Below are positions 44,984-55,700 of a DNA stretch of 64,000 nucleotides, one piece after another (position 1 is the first letter of the stretch; each line of letters starts with the position of its first letter). The position numbers and the translations under genes were made by a program. The notes below the pieces were generated by a model that saw only the letters and a program-made list of their open reading frames with translations, was not told where the DNA came from and did not search any database. The stretch is taken from NCBI GenBank assembly GCA_001275005.1, contig JWZX01003269.1, positions 1-64,000 on the forward strand, given 5' to 3'. This DNA comes from Chrysochromulina tobinii. Taxonomy: Eukaryota.

Positions 44984-45628
44984 ATGCAGGACGCCGCGCT
45001 CGCCGCCCTGCACACGCAGCTCGCATCCGCCGAGGCGGCACGCGGTGCGCACGGTGGCCTCGGCTTCTCCAAGCCACTCAAGGGAGAAGGCAAGGCGAAG
45101 CGCGATAACGACACCGAGGCGACTCGCACGCTGCTGAACGACAAGGGTGGTGGCAAGAACCGCGAGTTCCACACGACGACGGCGGGAGCGGTCGCGGCCG
45201 GCCATTGGGATCCATGGTCGCGGCCTGTGGCCTTCAAGATGAAGGAGGTCAATCGGCGTGTTGGCGGACTTTACAGCATGTTCGTAAAGGGAGGCACCGT
45301 CGGCTCTGTGCTGGACGACACGCCCTCTGCATCTGCATCTGCATCAGCAAGTGCGCCCGCGCCAGCACCTGCGCCTGCGCCTGTGCCATCTTCGGCGGCC
45401 GCCGCGACCTTCAACTGGAAGCGGATCATCAAGGAGCAGCTACGTAACGCCGAGGGACAGCAGCTCAAGATCAAACGCTTGAGGAAAGTCGTCCTTGCAG
45501 AGTATGCGCGGCGAACAACAGCCGCTCAAGGGGACAAGGACGAAGCGAGGCGCTTATTTCGCAGGAAGCTGAAAAGGACGCCAGGTGTCACCGTCGAAGC
45601 CAAGCTTGTGCGGTTGGGTTCCAAGTGA
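44984..45628 (+). CDS. Small basic protein with LYAR-like C-terminal winged-helix segment
   Basis: FNWKRIIKEQLRNAEGQQLKIKRLRKVVLAEY...FRRKL. Confidence 0.6.
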   Translation: MQDAALAALHTQLASAEAARGAHGGLGFSKPLKGEGKAKRDNDTEATRTLLNDKGGGKNREFHTTTAGAVAAGHWDPWSRPVAFKMKEVNRRVGGLYSMFVKGGTVGSVLDDTPSASASASASAPAPAPAPAPVPSSAAAATFNWKRIIKEQLRNAEGQQLKIKRLRKVVLAEYARRTTAAQGDKDEARRLFRRKLKRTPGVTVEAKLVRLGSK

Positions 45629-46212
45629 GACAGAGAGCTCGCTATAGACATTGAGCACGAGGCGTGGCGCGTCGGGCGGCACCGGACGCGGGACGTCATT
45701 ACCGACCGGCGGAGAAAAGAGAGTGGTTCGCCGCGAGGCGCAATGTGGCTGAGTGTGGAATTTTTTCTTTCGATAGCCGGAATCAGGGATAGGCGATATG
45801 CCGCCGTACCCCCCGCCAACCGACGCGGCCATCGCAACCAGCAATTGCGGGGCCCACGCCCGCCACGCGTCCATTGCACGCGTCCCGTCCGTTGCGTCCA
45901 CGAGCGTACAACCCGTATAGGTACCCGCGACCCGACCGCGCGGCGCGCGCGCGCGACATCGTCCCGACGACAGCCCGCTGTTGGCCCGGATATCAGCCCG
46001 GATACCGAGACTTGGAGCGACGAGCGGCCGGACGCCGACCGCGCAGACGCGGCGCGCGATCTGGATCTCGCGGATGCGGGCGGCGCGCTCCTGTGCAAAG
46101 GGCGGCCCGGCGCACCGCCACGCCGCCGGACCGCGGTATACAAACTGTACCGGGACATGCGGATCGTGGCACGCGCTTCGCTGCATGCGTCACGCTCTGC
46201 CAGCCACATACA

Positions 46213-47664
46213 CTATACACGCGTCCTGGTCGGGCCTCGACAGGCGGCGACGGACAAGGGCAGGCTGGGCGGCGTCGCCCGCCGGTCCATCTCAATGAGA
46301 GTCTGAAGGCGCGAGTAGCGGTTTCGGATCGCGTGCTCGGTGCGTCCAGGCAGCTGCTGCGCGATGCGCCCCCACTTGTGCCCATACTCGCTCACCATGT
46401 GCACGATCGTCTCGTCCTCCTGCCGCGACCAGCTCACGCGTTCGGGCTTGGTCCACTCGGCGTCGACGCTGCCGCCTCCGCTGTTGGTACGCCAGTGGAA
46501 GGGCCTACGCGGCGCCGCCTTGCCACTAAGGACGTGTAGGCACGATTCAGAGAGCTCGGCACTGCTCGCGTCTGCCTCGACGGCAAGAGGCTTTGGCTGC
46601 TCCGCTTCGTTGAGCCGGTTCCACCGGTCGCGCACAGCGTCGTCGGAGCGGCCGGGCAGCAGCGCGGCGATCACGCGCCACTTGAAGCCATGAGTGTGCA
46701 CGCTCTCGCGGATGAGAATGTCATCCGAGGTTGTCCATTCCTTGCGCTCGGCGACGTTGCGCATCGCGCCGCTGGAGGCGCCCTTCTCGCCGAGCGAGGC
46801 CGCGGCGGCCGACGCCGCCGCCTTCTCGGCCGCCACGGCGGTGGGCGCGCTGGTGGGGGGCCAATGTTGCGGGGGCGGCGGCGGGTACGGCCGGCACTGA
46901 TGGTGGTGCTGCAGGGGCGGCGGCAGCACGGGGAGCGGCGCAAGCACGGGGAGCGGGGCGGTAGCCACCGCCGCCTCCGGCATGGGCGGCACTTCGCCCA
47001 TCATCGTTGGCGCGCTGTGCGACGCGTCCGACGCGTCCGACAGCATGCCATCGGCGCCGAGGAGAATGTCTGAGTCGGCGAGCATCTCAAAGGGCGTGCG
47101 GTTGGCGACCGCGTCCTCGGCGCCCAAGAGCTGGAAGAGCTGCGACACCTCGTCCGTGAAGGCATTGTCGTGGTTGTCCTCGCCGTCAGCTCTGCCGCAC
47201 AGGCTGTCGTCATAATAATGGCTCGGCGGCGCGAGGAGGCTCTCCTGGCTGACGAGGGACTCGAGCAGTGCAAGCGTCTCTTCCTCCTCCCGGGGCGTGG
47301 GCGACTGCGGCGGCGAGAGGCGCAGCAGCTTTTTGCTAAGGTTGGCGTCGGGGCTTGGCAGGCTCATGATGATCCCCGCGGGGAAGAGAGCACTGGCGAG
47401 CACATTGCCGTCAGCGTCGACGCTGGGCATGGGCGGCATCGCCGTGATCGCTGGGGAGGCGTGGCCCTGGGCGAAGGCCACTGTGAGCTCGCGCATGGAC
47501 ATTAGCCCACGGTCGGCGCGGCTGCGCTTCTTCCCGAGGGCGGAATCGGACCACGTGGCAAAGGGCGAGGAAGCGGCCTCGGCGACGTCGGTGCTCATGA
47601 AGTCCTTGAAGCGGGCGGGGAGCGTCGAGGCGCGAGCGGGGCGTGCGGCGGCAAGTGACTGCAT
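46213..47664 (-). CDS. Myb transcription factor with two separated Myb repeats
   Basis: WTTSDDILI...KWRVIAALLPGRSDDAVRDRW and WSRQEDETI...KWGRIAQQLPGRTEHAIRNRY. Confidence 0.92.
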   Translation of the reverse strand: MQSLAAARPARASTLPARFKDFMSTDVAEAASSPFATWSDSALGKKRSRADRGLMSMRELTVAFAQGHASPAITAMPPMPSVDADGNVLASALFPAGIIMSLPSPDANLSKKLLRLSPPQSPTPREEEETLALLESLVSQESLLAPPSHYYDDSLCGRADGEDNHDNAFTDEVSQLFQLLGAEDAVANRTPFEMLADSDILLGADGMLSDASDASHSAPTMMGEVPPMPEAAVATAPLPVLAPLPVLPPPLQHHHQCRPYPPPPPQHWPPTSAPTAVAAEKAAASAAAASLGEKGASSGAMRNVAERKEWTTSDDILIRESVHTHGFKWRVIAALLPGRSDDAVRDRWNRLNEAEQPKPLAVEADASSAELSESCLHVLSGKAAPRRPFHWRTNSGGGSVDAEWTKPERVSWSRQEDETIVHMVSEYGHKWGRIAQQLPGRTEHAIRNRYSRLQTLIEMDRRATPPSLPLSVAACRGPTRTRV

Positions 47665-47968
47665 CCTGAAGACGCCCGTTGGAAGGGTGAGCCTTCAGAC
47701 GAGACGCCGGTGGCGAGCGTGCACGCCGAAGGTGCTCGGAACTCGTGGCGGTTATGTCGGTTATGAAACTTTGTTCATGCAAAGTGAAATAGCTCTGCGC
47801 CCGCCGGGGAAGTCTGCCTGGCCCGCTACATGTACATGTAGGAGGGCAAGATGTAGGCAGAGCCGCTAGGTTGCGCATCATTTCGCCCCTGCTTTTCGCT
47901 AGGCTTTTCGCAAGCAGGTAAAATGAATTTCGTCTTGCCGAGCTGCAGATAAACGTGAACGTGAACGC

Positions 47969-48763
47969 ATGCCATTACATTGTACACAGCAGCGAGACAA
48001 TGTCACACGAAAAGCGAGCGCGACCCGAATGAAGCGACCCTCCTCCTCCACGTCAGGAGCACACGATGAATCTCCCGCAATGCTGCTCATCGGCCTCGGG
48101 AACCCTGGCGTGCGCTATGCCGGCACTCGGCATAATGCCGGCCAGATGTTTGTTGAGCAACTCGTCGCTTTGCACTCGGACAAGTTTGGCCCATGGAAGC
48201 CTGCAGAGTGCGCGCGTGTGGCGTGGGGCACGCTCGGCGGGAGGTGCGTCGTCGCGTGCGTCCCAACGCAACCTATGAACCTGTCGGGCAAAGGCGTCGC
48301 CATGCTCGCCACGAGGAACGCCTGCTCGCCAGCCCGTGTCGTCATCGCCCACGATGACCTTGACTTGCAGTGCGGACGGCTCAAGATCAAGCAAGGGGGC
48401 TCGAGCGGTGGGCATAAGGGCATCGACTCATGCACAGCGTGCCTCCGCTCGGCCGACTTCCACCGGCTGCGCATTGGCATCGGCCGGCCGGCGCGCAAGG
48501 AGGACGTGCCCGACTTTGTGCTTGAGCCCTTCACCAGTGCCGAGCGGACGACGCTCGTGGCGCTCTTCGAGCGTCTTGCGCGCCCGGACCTGAGCGCGAG
48601 GCTGCCTGAGCTATGCACCGGCTCGGACGCCGTGCGTTCGCAGCTACTCGCCGACGTCGCTGCGCCAGCCGCCACGCCCGCACTTGCTCCTTCTGCCAAA
48701 GCACGTCCTCTGGCCGCCATGAGAAGCACACCAGGAGTTGCCGCAGCGGCAGCAGTGGCCTAA
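47969..48763 (+). CDS. PTH1: Peptidyl-tRNA hydrolase (bacterial-type Pth1, organellar)
   Basis: IGLGNPGVRYAGTRHNAG, MNLSG, HDDLDL, GGSSGGHKG, RLRIGIGRP. Confidence 0.93.
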   Translation: MPLHCTQQRDNVTRKASATRMKRPSSSTSGAHDESPAMLLIGLGNPGVRYAGTRHNAGQMFVEQLVALHSDKFGPWKPAECARVAWGTLGGRCVVACVPTQPMNLSGKGVAMLATRNACSPARVVIAHDDLDLQCGRLKIKQGGSSGGHKGIDSCTACLRSADFHRLRIGIGRPARKEDVPDFVLEPFTSAERTTLVALFERLARPDLSARLPELCTGSDAVRSQLLADVAAPAATPALAPSAKARPLAAMRSTPGVAAAAAVA

Positions 48764-49624
48764 TCGAGCGAGGCGCTCAACAATGCAGGGCAGCTGCCAA
48801 AGAATGAGCAGCAGCAACAGTTCCCGTCCGTCCCTGCCCCGAAGGTAGGTGACGAGGTTCAAACCGAGGACGAGAGCTGCGAGCCTCGCCCCAAACGGCA
48901 GCAGTCAGGGGACGCGCCCTATTTGGCCTCGCAGCAATCATGGGGCGCCGGGACTCTATATCAGGCGCTCCCTTCAGACTAGACCACGATGCAGAGCGTT
49001 GCTTCGGTTCGGGGGCGAGGGGGTTTCGGGCCCATGTTCGGGCCTCGCCTTCGGGGCGCTTCGGGCGTTCGCGGAGGCGGAGTGTTTTCGTTAGACGTTT
49101 GTCGAAACTTTAATTTGTTTCTCGCCATCAGATTCAAGGATCAAGATGCGAGAAGAGCCGCGCGCGAGGTTGCGGCCCCGCCCCCGGCGCATTGCCCCGG
49201 CGCCCGGCCGCGGCCCCCGCGCGCCCAAGGCCAAGCGCGCCCCCCGCGGGCCGGGGAGCGCGGGGTTGCGTGCCGCCGTTCGCCGTTTCTCGTTTGGAGG
49301 CACCGACGTTAGGATAATACGTTAGGACGTACTGGATCATATTACACAGATCCTGATCGCGTGTCATGCGCGCGGCGGCGCTGCGCAACGTGTTCGCGCC
49401 CCATCACCAGGTTGACGCTGCGGCGCAGCGCAGAGCGGCCGACGCGCGACGGCGCCATAGGGAGCGCCGAGGGCACCGGGGGGCACCGTGGTCCGCACGC
49501 TGCAAGCTCGATCGCTCAGAGACGCGCTTTCATTATACAACGTGAAGCCGAGGAGCAGATGGAGAGAGCCGCGCGACGCGATAGTACTACGGAGCGCATA
49601 GTGACCTTTTGAGCTGCGGCTGGC

Positions 49625-50645
49625 CTAGAAGACAGGTTGCTGCGGCGTGTGGCCATACGACGACTGCGGCGCGTACGAGCCGTAACCGCGCATGGGCGAC
49701 GAGTGCGGCACGCCGCCGCCCTGCTGCCCCTGCGGCGCAAGGCCATTCGAGCCAAAGCCGCCGAGCCCCATGCTGCCCATGCCACCGTCGAAGCCGCAGT
49801 AGCCCTGGTCGGCGCCGAAGCCCTGGTTGAAGCCGCCGTAGCCGCCATTGGCGCCCATGTGGGGCGGCAGCGGCGTTATCGCGGGCGGGGCGACCGTGCT
49901 CGCGCGCCACGACGGCATCGGCGACTCGGTCGGCGACTGCGACTGCGAGCCCATCGCCGCGGAGAGGCCCGAAGCGTGCCGAAAGGCGCCAAACGCGTCC
50001 GCGCCATGGAGCGACTGAGCTCCATGGCTCGAGACGGGCGACTGAGGAATGTGCTGCACGGGGTCCACCTTGACGGCGAGCCGCGTCGGCTCGATCTTGA
50101 TCTTGAGCTTCTCATCGTATGGGTTGTCAGAGCCAGTGCCGTCCGAGTACAGCGTGTGCTGTGCGCGACCGCGCAGCACCTTCACTTCGCCCGGGTTGAT
50201 CTGCAGCAGAAACGATGCACGGCGTGGGCTCGGTGAGGCCTGGCGGCCTGCGCGCGTGCGCAACCACGCGCAGACGCACAGCGCGCAGGCAGAGGGGGGA
50301 GATGGCCTGCCGTGCTCAAGCATTCGGTGGGGCGCAGCTCACCCAACACGTCACCTCTCCCGCATCCGAGAAACAGCGCATGAAAGATTCCTGCACCCCC
50401 CTGTGCCCCGTCGCGTCCGCGGCACGCAGCAGTAGCGGGTCCATCGCGTTGACGGTGCTGAGCAGGGAGCGGAATGCGCAGCCCCTATGAGGCTCGTCCG
50501 GGTACCAGTGCCCCTGGTAGCGCGCGATCAGGAGCTCCTGCAGACGGTCGCAGAATATGCTTCGCTGGTCGTTGGGCTCAAACAGCTGCTCGGCGAACCA
50601 GGTCGCTGCCACGGCCACCTCGTGGGCGCACGAAGCGGCAGCCAT
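49625..50645 (-). CDS. BTG/Tob (APRO) family protein, two exons
   Basis: HEVAVAA...RYQGHWYPDEPHRGCAFRSL...DPLL...CW|INPGEV; GT-AG intron 50201-50342. Confidence 0.88.
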
Positions 50646-50805
50646 GTCTTGGCAGCGACTGTTGGGCGAGTGAATTTCGTGTGAATGCGTTTGCCAGTGC
50701 AGCCCGGGTGGGGCAACCAAGGCGCGTACTGATGCAAAGGCGGACGGTGAGCGCGTTTAGAAATATCTATTGAAACATGTACCCGTTTTCGTATCAAACA
50801 AGATA

Positions 50806-52488
50806 ATGCTCGTCTGTCGGACCACCGAAGACGCAAATGTCTGGCTGCGCGATACGTACGTCGTGACATGCGCCGGCGCGGCGCTCGAAGTGCACCTCCT
50901 CGAGCAGGACGGAGGCGGCCACGACGTGGTGCGCCAAATGCTCTCGCTCTCGCTCAAGGCGTACGAGTCCCGAGATCATGAGGCTGGCCGGGCCAAAACT
51001 GGCCGCGTGTCCAATGTCGTGCACGGTTGTGACGTGCGCAGCAAGTGGCTCGCCTGCGGGACTGCTAGCGGGCTGGTGCTGGCGTTCGACTTGCGCGCTG
51101 AACCGCCGCCGGTTGTCAAGCTGTCTGGCCACACCAGCGTGACTGGCTTTGTGCGACTCACTGCTTTGTGCGACTCACCGCGCGTGGTCTCGTCTTCCTT
51201 TGACAAGTCGGCGCGCCTGTGGTCGCTCCCAGACGGCGCGTGCCTCCAAGTCGTCAAGGTGGGCACGCCGGTGCTTCAGCTCGTGGTGCTGCCCGCAGAG
51301 AGCGCTGCCGAGGCTGACTCGCCCCGCGTGGCGATGGGATGCGGCGACGGCACGGTGCGCGTGTGGCACTCGAGTTCCCGCAAGGCAGGCAAGGCGCTCA
51401 TCACGCTGCGCTTTGCCCACAAGATGTACGTGGGCGAGCTGCGCCTCGCGCCCGACGGTTCGAGGATGCTCTCCGTCTCCCGCGACGGCGAGCTGCAGCT
51501 GTGGAGGGCGGATGATAAGGTTGGCTTCGTGCCGGACCCAGAGGCGATGCCGAAGCGCGACGTGAGCGCGTACTGGCGGCTCGAGCTGCTCAAGAGTGGC
51601 TTGGTGGGCATCTCCGCGCGTGGCTCCATCCACTTTTGGGCGTGGGGCGCCTCCGACCCGATTGAATTGCAACCAGAGGGCGAGAGCCCCGCACTCCTGG
51701 AGTCGCCGTCGGATACACACGGCGAGGAGCCCGCGACGGCGCTAGAGTCGCCGTCGGATACACATGGCGAGGAGCCCGCGACGGCGCTGGTGGGGAGAGA
51801 CGCCGTCTCTGGTGCGGAGGCTGCCGCTCCGGCCGATGCAGCGGCACCCGCTCCTGGCGAAGCGGCCGGCGCGTCGTCTGCCCCAGAGCCGTTCACGGCA
51901 ACGAGTGGCAACGCACCGTTCACAGCAGCGAGTGGCAACGCACCGTTCACAGCAGCGAGTGGCAACGCACCTTTCACAGCAGCGAGTGGCCACGCACCGT
52001 TCACAGCAGCGAGTAGCAACGCACCGTTGGCGCTGCCGGCTGCGGTTCCGCAGGCACCTGCGCCCGTTCGCCTCGTGTTCGTGGGCATGCGTACCACTGG
52101 GGCGAGCGGCGCGACCGACGCGAGCTCGAAGGCCAAGGAGCTCGTGGTGCACTTTTTCCGCGGCCTGTTGGAAGGGCCCACCGTCGGGATGCCACCCACG
52201 AGCACGCCCACGAGCACGCTCGCGAAGGACGCGCCGCCCGACCTCCCGCCAAACGCAGCGTCTGCGGCGTCCGCGGAGACAATCCCAGGGCTCGTGGCGA
52301 GGCTGGCTAGGTGGTGCCAACTGGCGGCGGCGGAAGGGATCGAGGCCGACGAAGTACTTCAGCAGCGGCTCTGCATGATGGAGAGTGTGGCGGCCAAGGC
52401 TGGTCGTGAGCTCGGAGAGGCGAGCGTGCGCGCCTTCATCAAGCGTCATCAGGCTACACTGGCGCCCGCCGCCACGGACCTGAGTTGA
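50806..52488 (+). CDS. WD40-repeat protein with internal 45-bp and 30-bp tandem repeats
   Basis: LSGHTS, SSSFDKSARLW, GCGDGTVRVW, SVSRDGELQLW; PFTAASGNA-like unit five times. Confidence 0.85.
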   Translation: MLVCRTTEDANVWLRDTYVVTCAGAALEVHLLEQDGGGHDVVRQMLSLSLKAYESRDHEAGRAKTGRVSNVVHGCDVRSKWLACGTASGLVLAFDLRAEPPPVVKLSGHTSVTGFVRLTALCDSPRVVSSSFDKSARLWSLPDGACLQVVKVGTPVLQLVVLPAESAAEADSPRVAMGCGDGTVRVWHSSSRKAGKALITLRFAHKMYVGELRLAPDGSRMLSVSRDGELQLWRADDKVGFVPDPEAMPKRDVSAYWRLELLKSGLVGISARGSIHFWAWGASDPIELQPEGESPALLESPSDTHGEEPATALESPSDTHGEEPATALVGRDAVSGAEAAAPADAAAPAPGEAAGASSAPEPFTATSGNAPFTAASGNAPFTAASGNAPFTAASGHAPFTAASSNAPLALPAAVPQAPAPVRLVFVGMRTTGASGATDASSKAKELVVHFFRGLLEGPTVGMPPTSTPTSTLAKDAPPDLPPNAASAASAETIPGLVARLARWCQLAAAEGIEADEVLQQRLCMMESVAAKAGRELGEASVRAFIKRHQATLAPAATDLS

Positions 52489-52749
52489 TGCCGTCGTAAG
52501 GGCCACGCCAGCCAGCGCGCAGGGGGCGCGAATCTCCGAAACGACACTGTGACGGTGGTCGCGGTCGGGTGCGGGTCCGACCCGGTACGCGTGGGCAAGA
52601 TCGCCCCTCTCGGAGGTCGGAGAGGGGCTACATGTACAGTATCACCCTCGAAAGCCCTTTAGCATTGCTGCATAGCATTGCGTTGCTGGTACATGAAAAC
52701 TACATTATGTTTGAAACAAAACAAGTTGGCGAACACAAAAGTCAAAACA

Positions 52750-55700
52750 CACTTTCACAGATCCCGCTAACGACTTTTCCAGTCGATGTGTGTTTTCGTG
52801 CATGCAATGCTCGTTGAGCAGATCGTGAGCGCCTCCCACGCACGCCTATTCCGGGCCGTGGGTGTGTGTCCTGGCCGAGAGGGCCCTGAAACGAACGAAC
52901 GAAGCTCGTTGAGCAACCTGGGTCCTGGCACGAAGCACGGATGCCACGTCCGCCGAGCCTTGACGAAAGGAAGGGGATGTAGAGAAAGGAGATGAAGAGG
53001 ACAAGCCCAAAACCGTGCAGCTCAAGGTGTTCTGCACGCGGCGTTATTGGGCTTGCCAGACGGCACTGCTGAAGGTGTGCTGCTCCCGCCGCCTGCCGCG
53101 CACATTGTGTACACACATATGGAGCCGCTCGCGCTCAGTGGCGGCCTTCCTTGCTCGCTCGCTGAGCGCAGATAACCGCCACACAGTGATCTCACCATCC
53201 TCTCCTGTCTTGAGTGACACTCGCGCGCTCTCAAGTGCAAGCCCGACATGAAGCTTGGGAAGCTGATGCACTCATATTGCAGCGGCAATGGAGCTCTTGG
53301 GTGGCCATGGAGTCTGTCCACTTCCTCTTCAACTACCGCAGGCTCAGCAACCGCAGAAGCGGCATCAGCATCGGAGGCCCCCGAGGCACCCTCAACGCAG
53401 CCTGCGGCGGGTGCGGCCACATCGCCTTCACGCTCGAACTCACGGCGGCGGCGGACGGCTTTGGAGAGCAGAGGCTCATCGGCATACGGCCGCCTCTCCA
53501 CCGCGGATGAGCTGACGTCGCTGCGGCCCTATGCGGCCCGAGGCCCTGCCTTTGTGGCTGTGCCACAAGCCAGTGCGTCGGGGCCTCCGTCCGTGTGTTC
53601 TTGCTGTGTACCGCGCGCGCGTAGCGTTCGGTGTGGAGTGCCTTTTGTCAACTGCGAGGACGATGTCGCCGTCTTTGAACGAGGGAGCGGGTGCGTCGAT
53701 GGCTTGCTCTTGAAGGCGGAGGGGATGTCGCCGATGATGAGGGGTCGCTCGCGTTGGCGTTCGTCAATCCACGCGGCGGACTTGCGGCTGTAGGACGCGT
53801 AGCGGATGATGGTGTTGTCCTATATTGGTTGGCGGTGAGGAGGCCGGTTGAGGCAGAGAGGACACTGACTGTAATCGATCCATTCTTGTGCGTGGGCACG
53901 GTCGAGGCCGATCAGCGATCTCGAAAGTCGAATCGGTTGTTGCGCCAGACGAGGGGCTCGCCGATAGGTTGGTGGGTGAGGAGCGTGGTGTCTTGAGAGA
54001 CTCGGAGTTCGTGGAAGGATTGGAAGCATGCACGCAAGAAGATGCAGGAGGTGTCGGGGAGGTGGTCGATGCGGTTCTTGTGGTTGTCGCGGGACTGTGA
54101 GAGGATAATGCCGCGGCCGAGGGGCGTGTGTCGTCGTGTAGGATTCAGGACCTCCTCTCCCATGTGGTGCTCGGCGTGGGTCGAGGTACTTGATCACACC
54201 CATTGGGCTTTTGGTATGTGCTTTGATGTGGGACCTGAGGTGCATGCTGATGCTGCCGCCTCCTTCTGTTTGCGTGAGGTAGCTCGCCGTCTCGGTCATG
54301 TATACCGGTTCGATTGCTGTGGGCGGTGCCAGCATCTTCTTTCGAGTGGAGTTCGGGGTTGGCGGCCCAGAGAGGAGGGCTTTGGCGTTTTGTTCGATCA
54401 GGTCGATGATCTTGTCGGGGACGAGAGCGTGAAGAACCAGCGCAATGATCCATAGAGGATGGATTGGAAAAGGATGTTGCAGCCGGTGAGGCTGAGTCGT
54501 GCTATAGGTCGTTCCACGCTGCCGTTCTCGGCTTGACAGTGCGGTATCGTTGGAGTCACCAGTCTTCGAGGTCGAACTCATTGCCTATATTGAGACGCCT
54601 ATGGGACGCCGAGGACGCGGATGGTGGTGCCGTTGCGAACGATCGTGTGTTGGGGTCGCGAGTGGGCTGGGCACGAGCCTGTGTTGCCGAGGAGCTCGGG
54701 ATGGCGGCGTGGGAGCCCGAGGAGAAGGACCTCTCGCTTGTGTGGTCTCGTTACTCCTTGCTTGTTGCATCGTACCAGGTTTGGATGGAGTGTTCTCAGG
54801 GCATCTTGTATGTCCGCGGTGCGGAGGATAAGTGTGCTATCTTCAGCGAATAGTGCAGGCGAATAGGGAGATTTCATGGCGATAGGTCTTGTTTCCGGCC
54901 TAAAAACGGTGGGTGGTGTTCCTATTTTGGTTGAAGAGGCGCATAAGGGGATCTGCGATGATGAGGAAGAGGAGGGGGGGAGGGGGCACCCTGCGCGACT
55001 CCAGAGCCGAGTTTGAATGTGAGGCGCGTGGGCGGTGTGTCGTGTGCGAGTACGCGAGCAGAGGACGTAGTCGATGAAGCCCTGGCCGAAGCCGATGGCT
55101 GCGAGGCCGTCCTCGAGGAATTCCCATGAGCATCTGTCGAAGGCCTTCTCCATGTCGAGCAACAGGAAGTGAGGGCGTCGATGTTCTCTTCATCGGCTAG
55201 TTCTTGGAGCAGCTGTAATCGGAGGATGTTTTCGGCGATGAAGCTGTCGGGCACGAAAAGCCGTTCTGGTCGCGTGAGAAGAATTGGAGGACGGCCACGA
55301 TCATGCGTTGCGCGAGGATGCGCATGAGGATTAGTGTGATGGGTCGATAGTTGCGTGGGTCGTCGGCTCGTCGCGGTCCTTCATTTTGTAGTATGTAGAG
55401 GACGCTGTAGACGCTGATGATGCCTCTGCGTATGCCCTCTGGGAGCTCGCCTTTGCGCCGGCTCTCGTTGAACACGTTGGTCAGGATTGGGTAAGGATTG
55501 GGGCGGTGACCTCGAGAGGACCCGATAGAACTTGTTCGGGATGCGGTTAGGTCCTGGGCTCTACTGGGCTCTTGCCGGTTGGGAGGTACGCGGAGGTATG
55601 GAGGACTTCGTCTTTGGTGCGATGTCGGCGTCGCATTTGGCGGCTGTCGGAGGGAGCAGGACGCGGTTGCCCTTGCCGAGCGTTTTGATTGCCTTTGCTT

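Noticed and set aside
48860..49340. Gene or mobile element in a very GC-rich intergenic stretch
   Set aside because: No coding motif, TIR or clear second copy beyond a 15-nt match near 61677.
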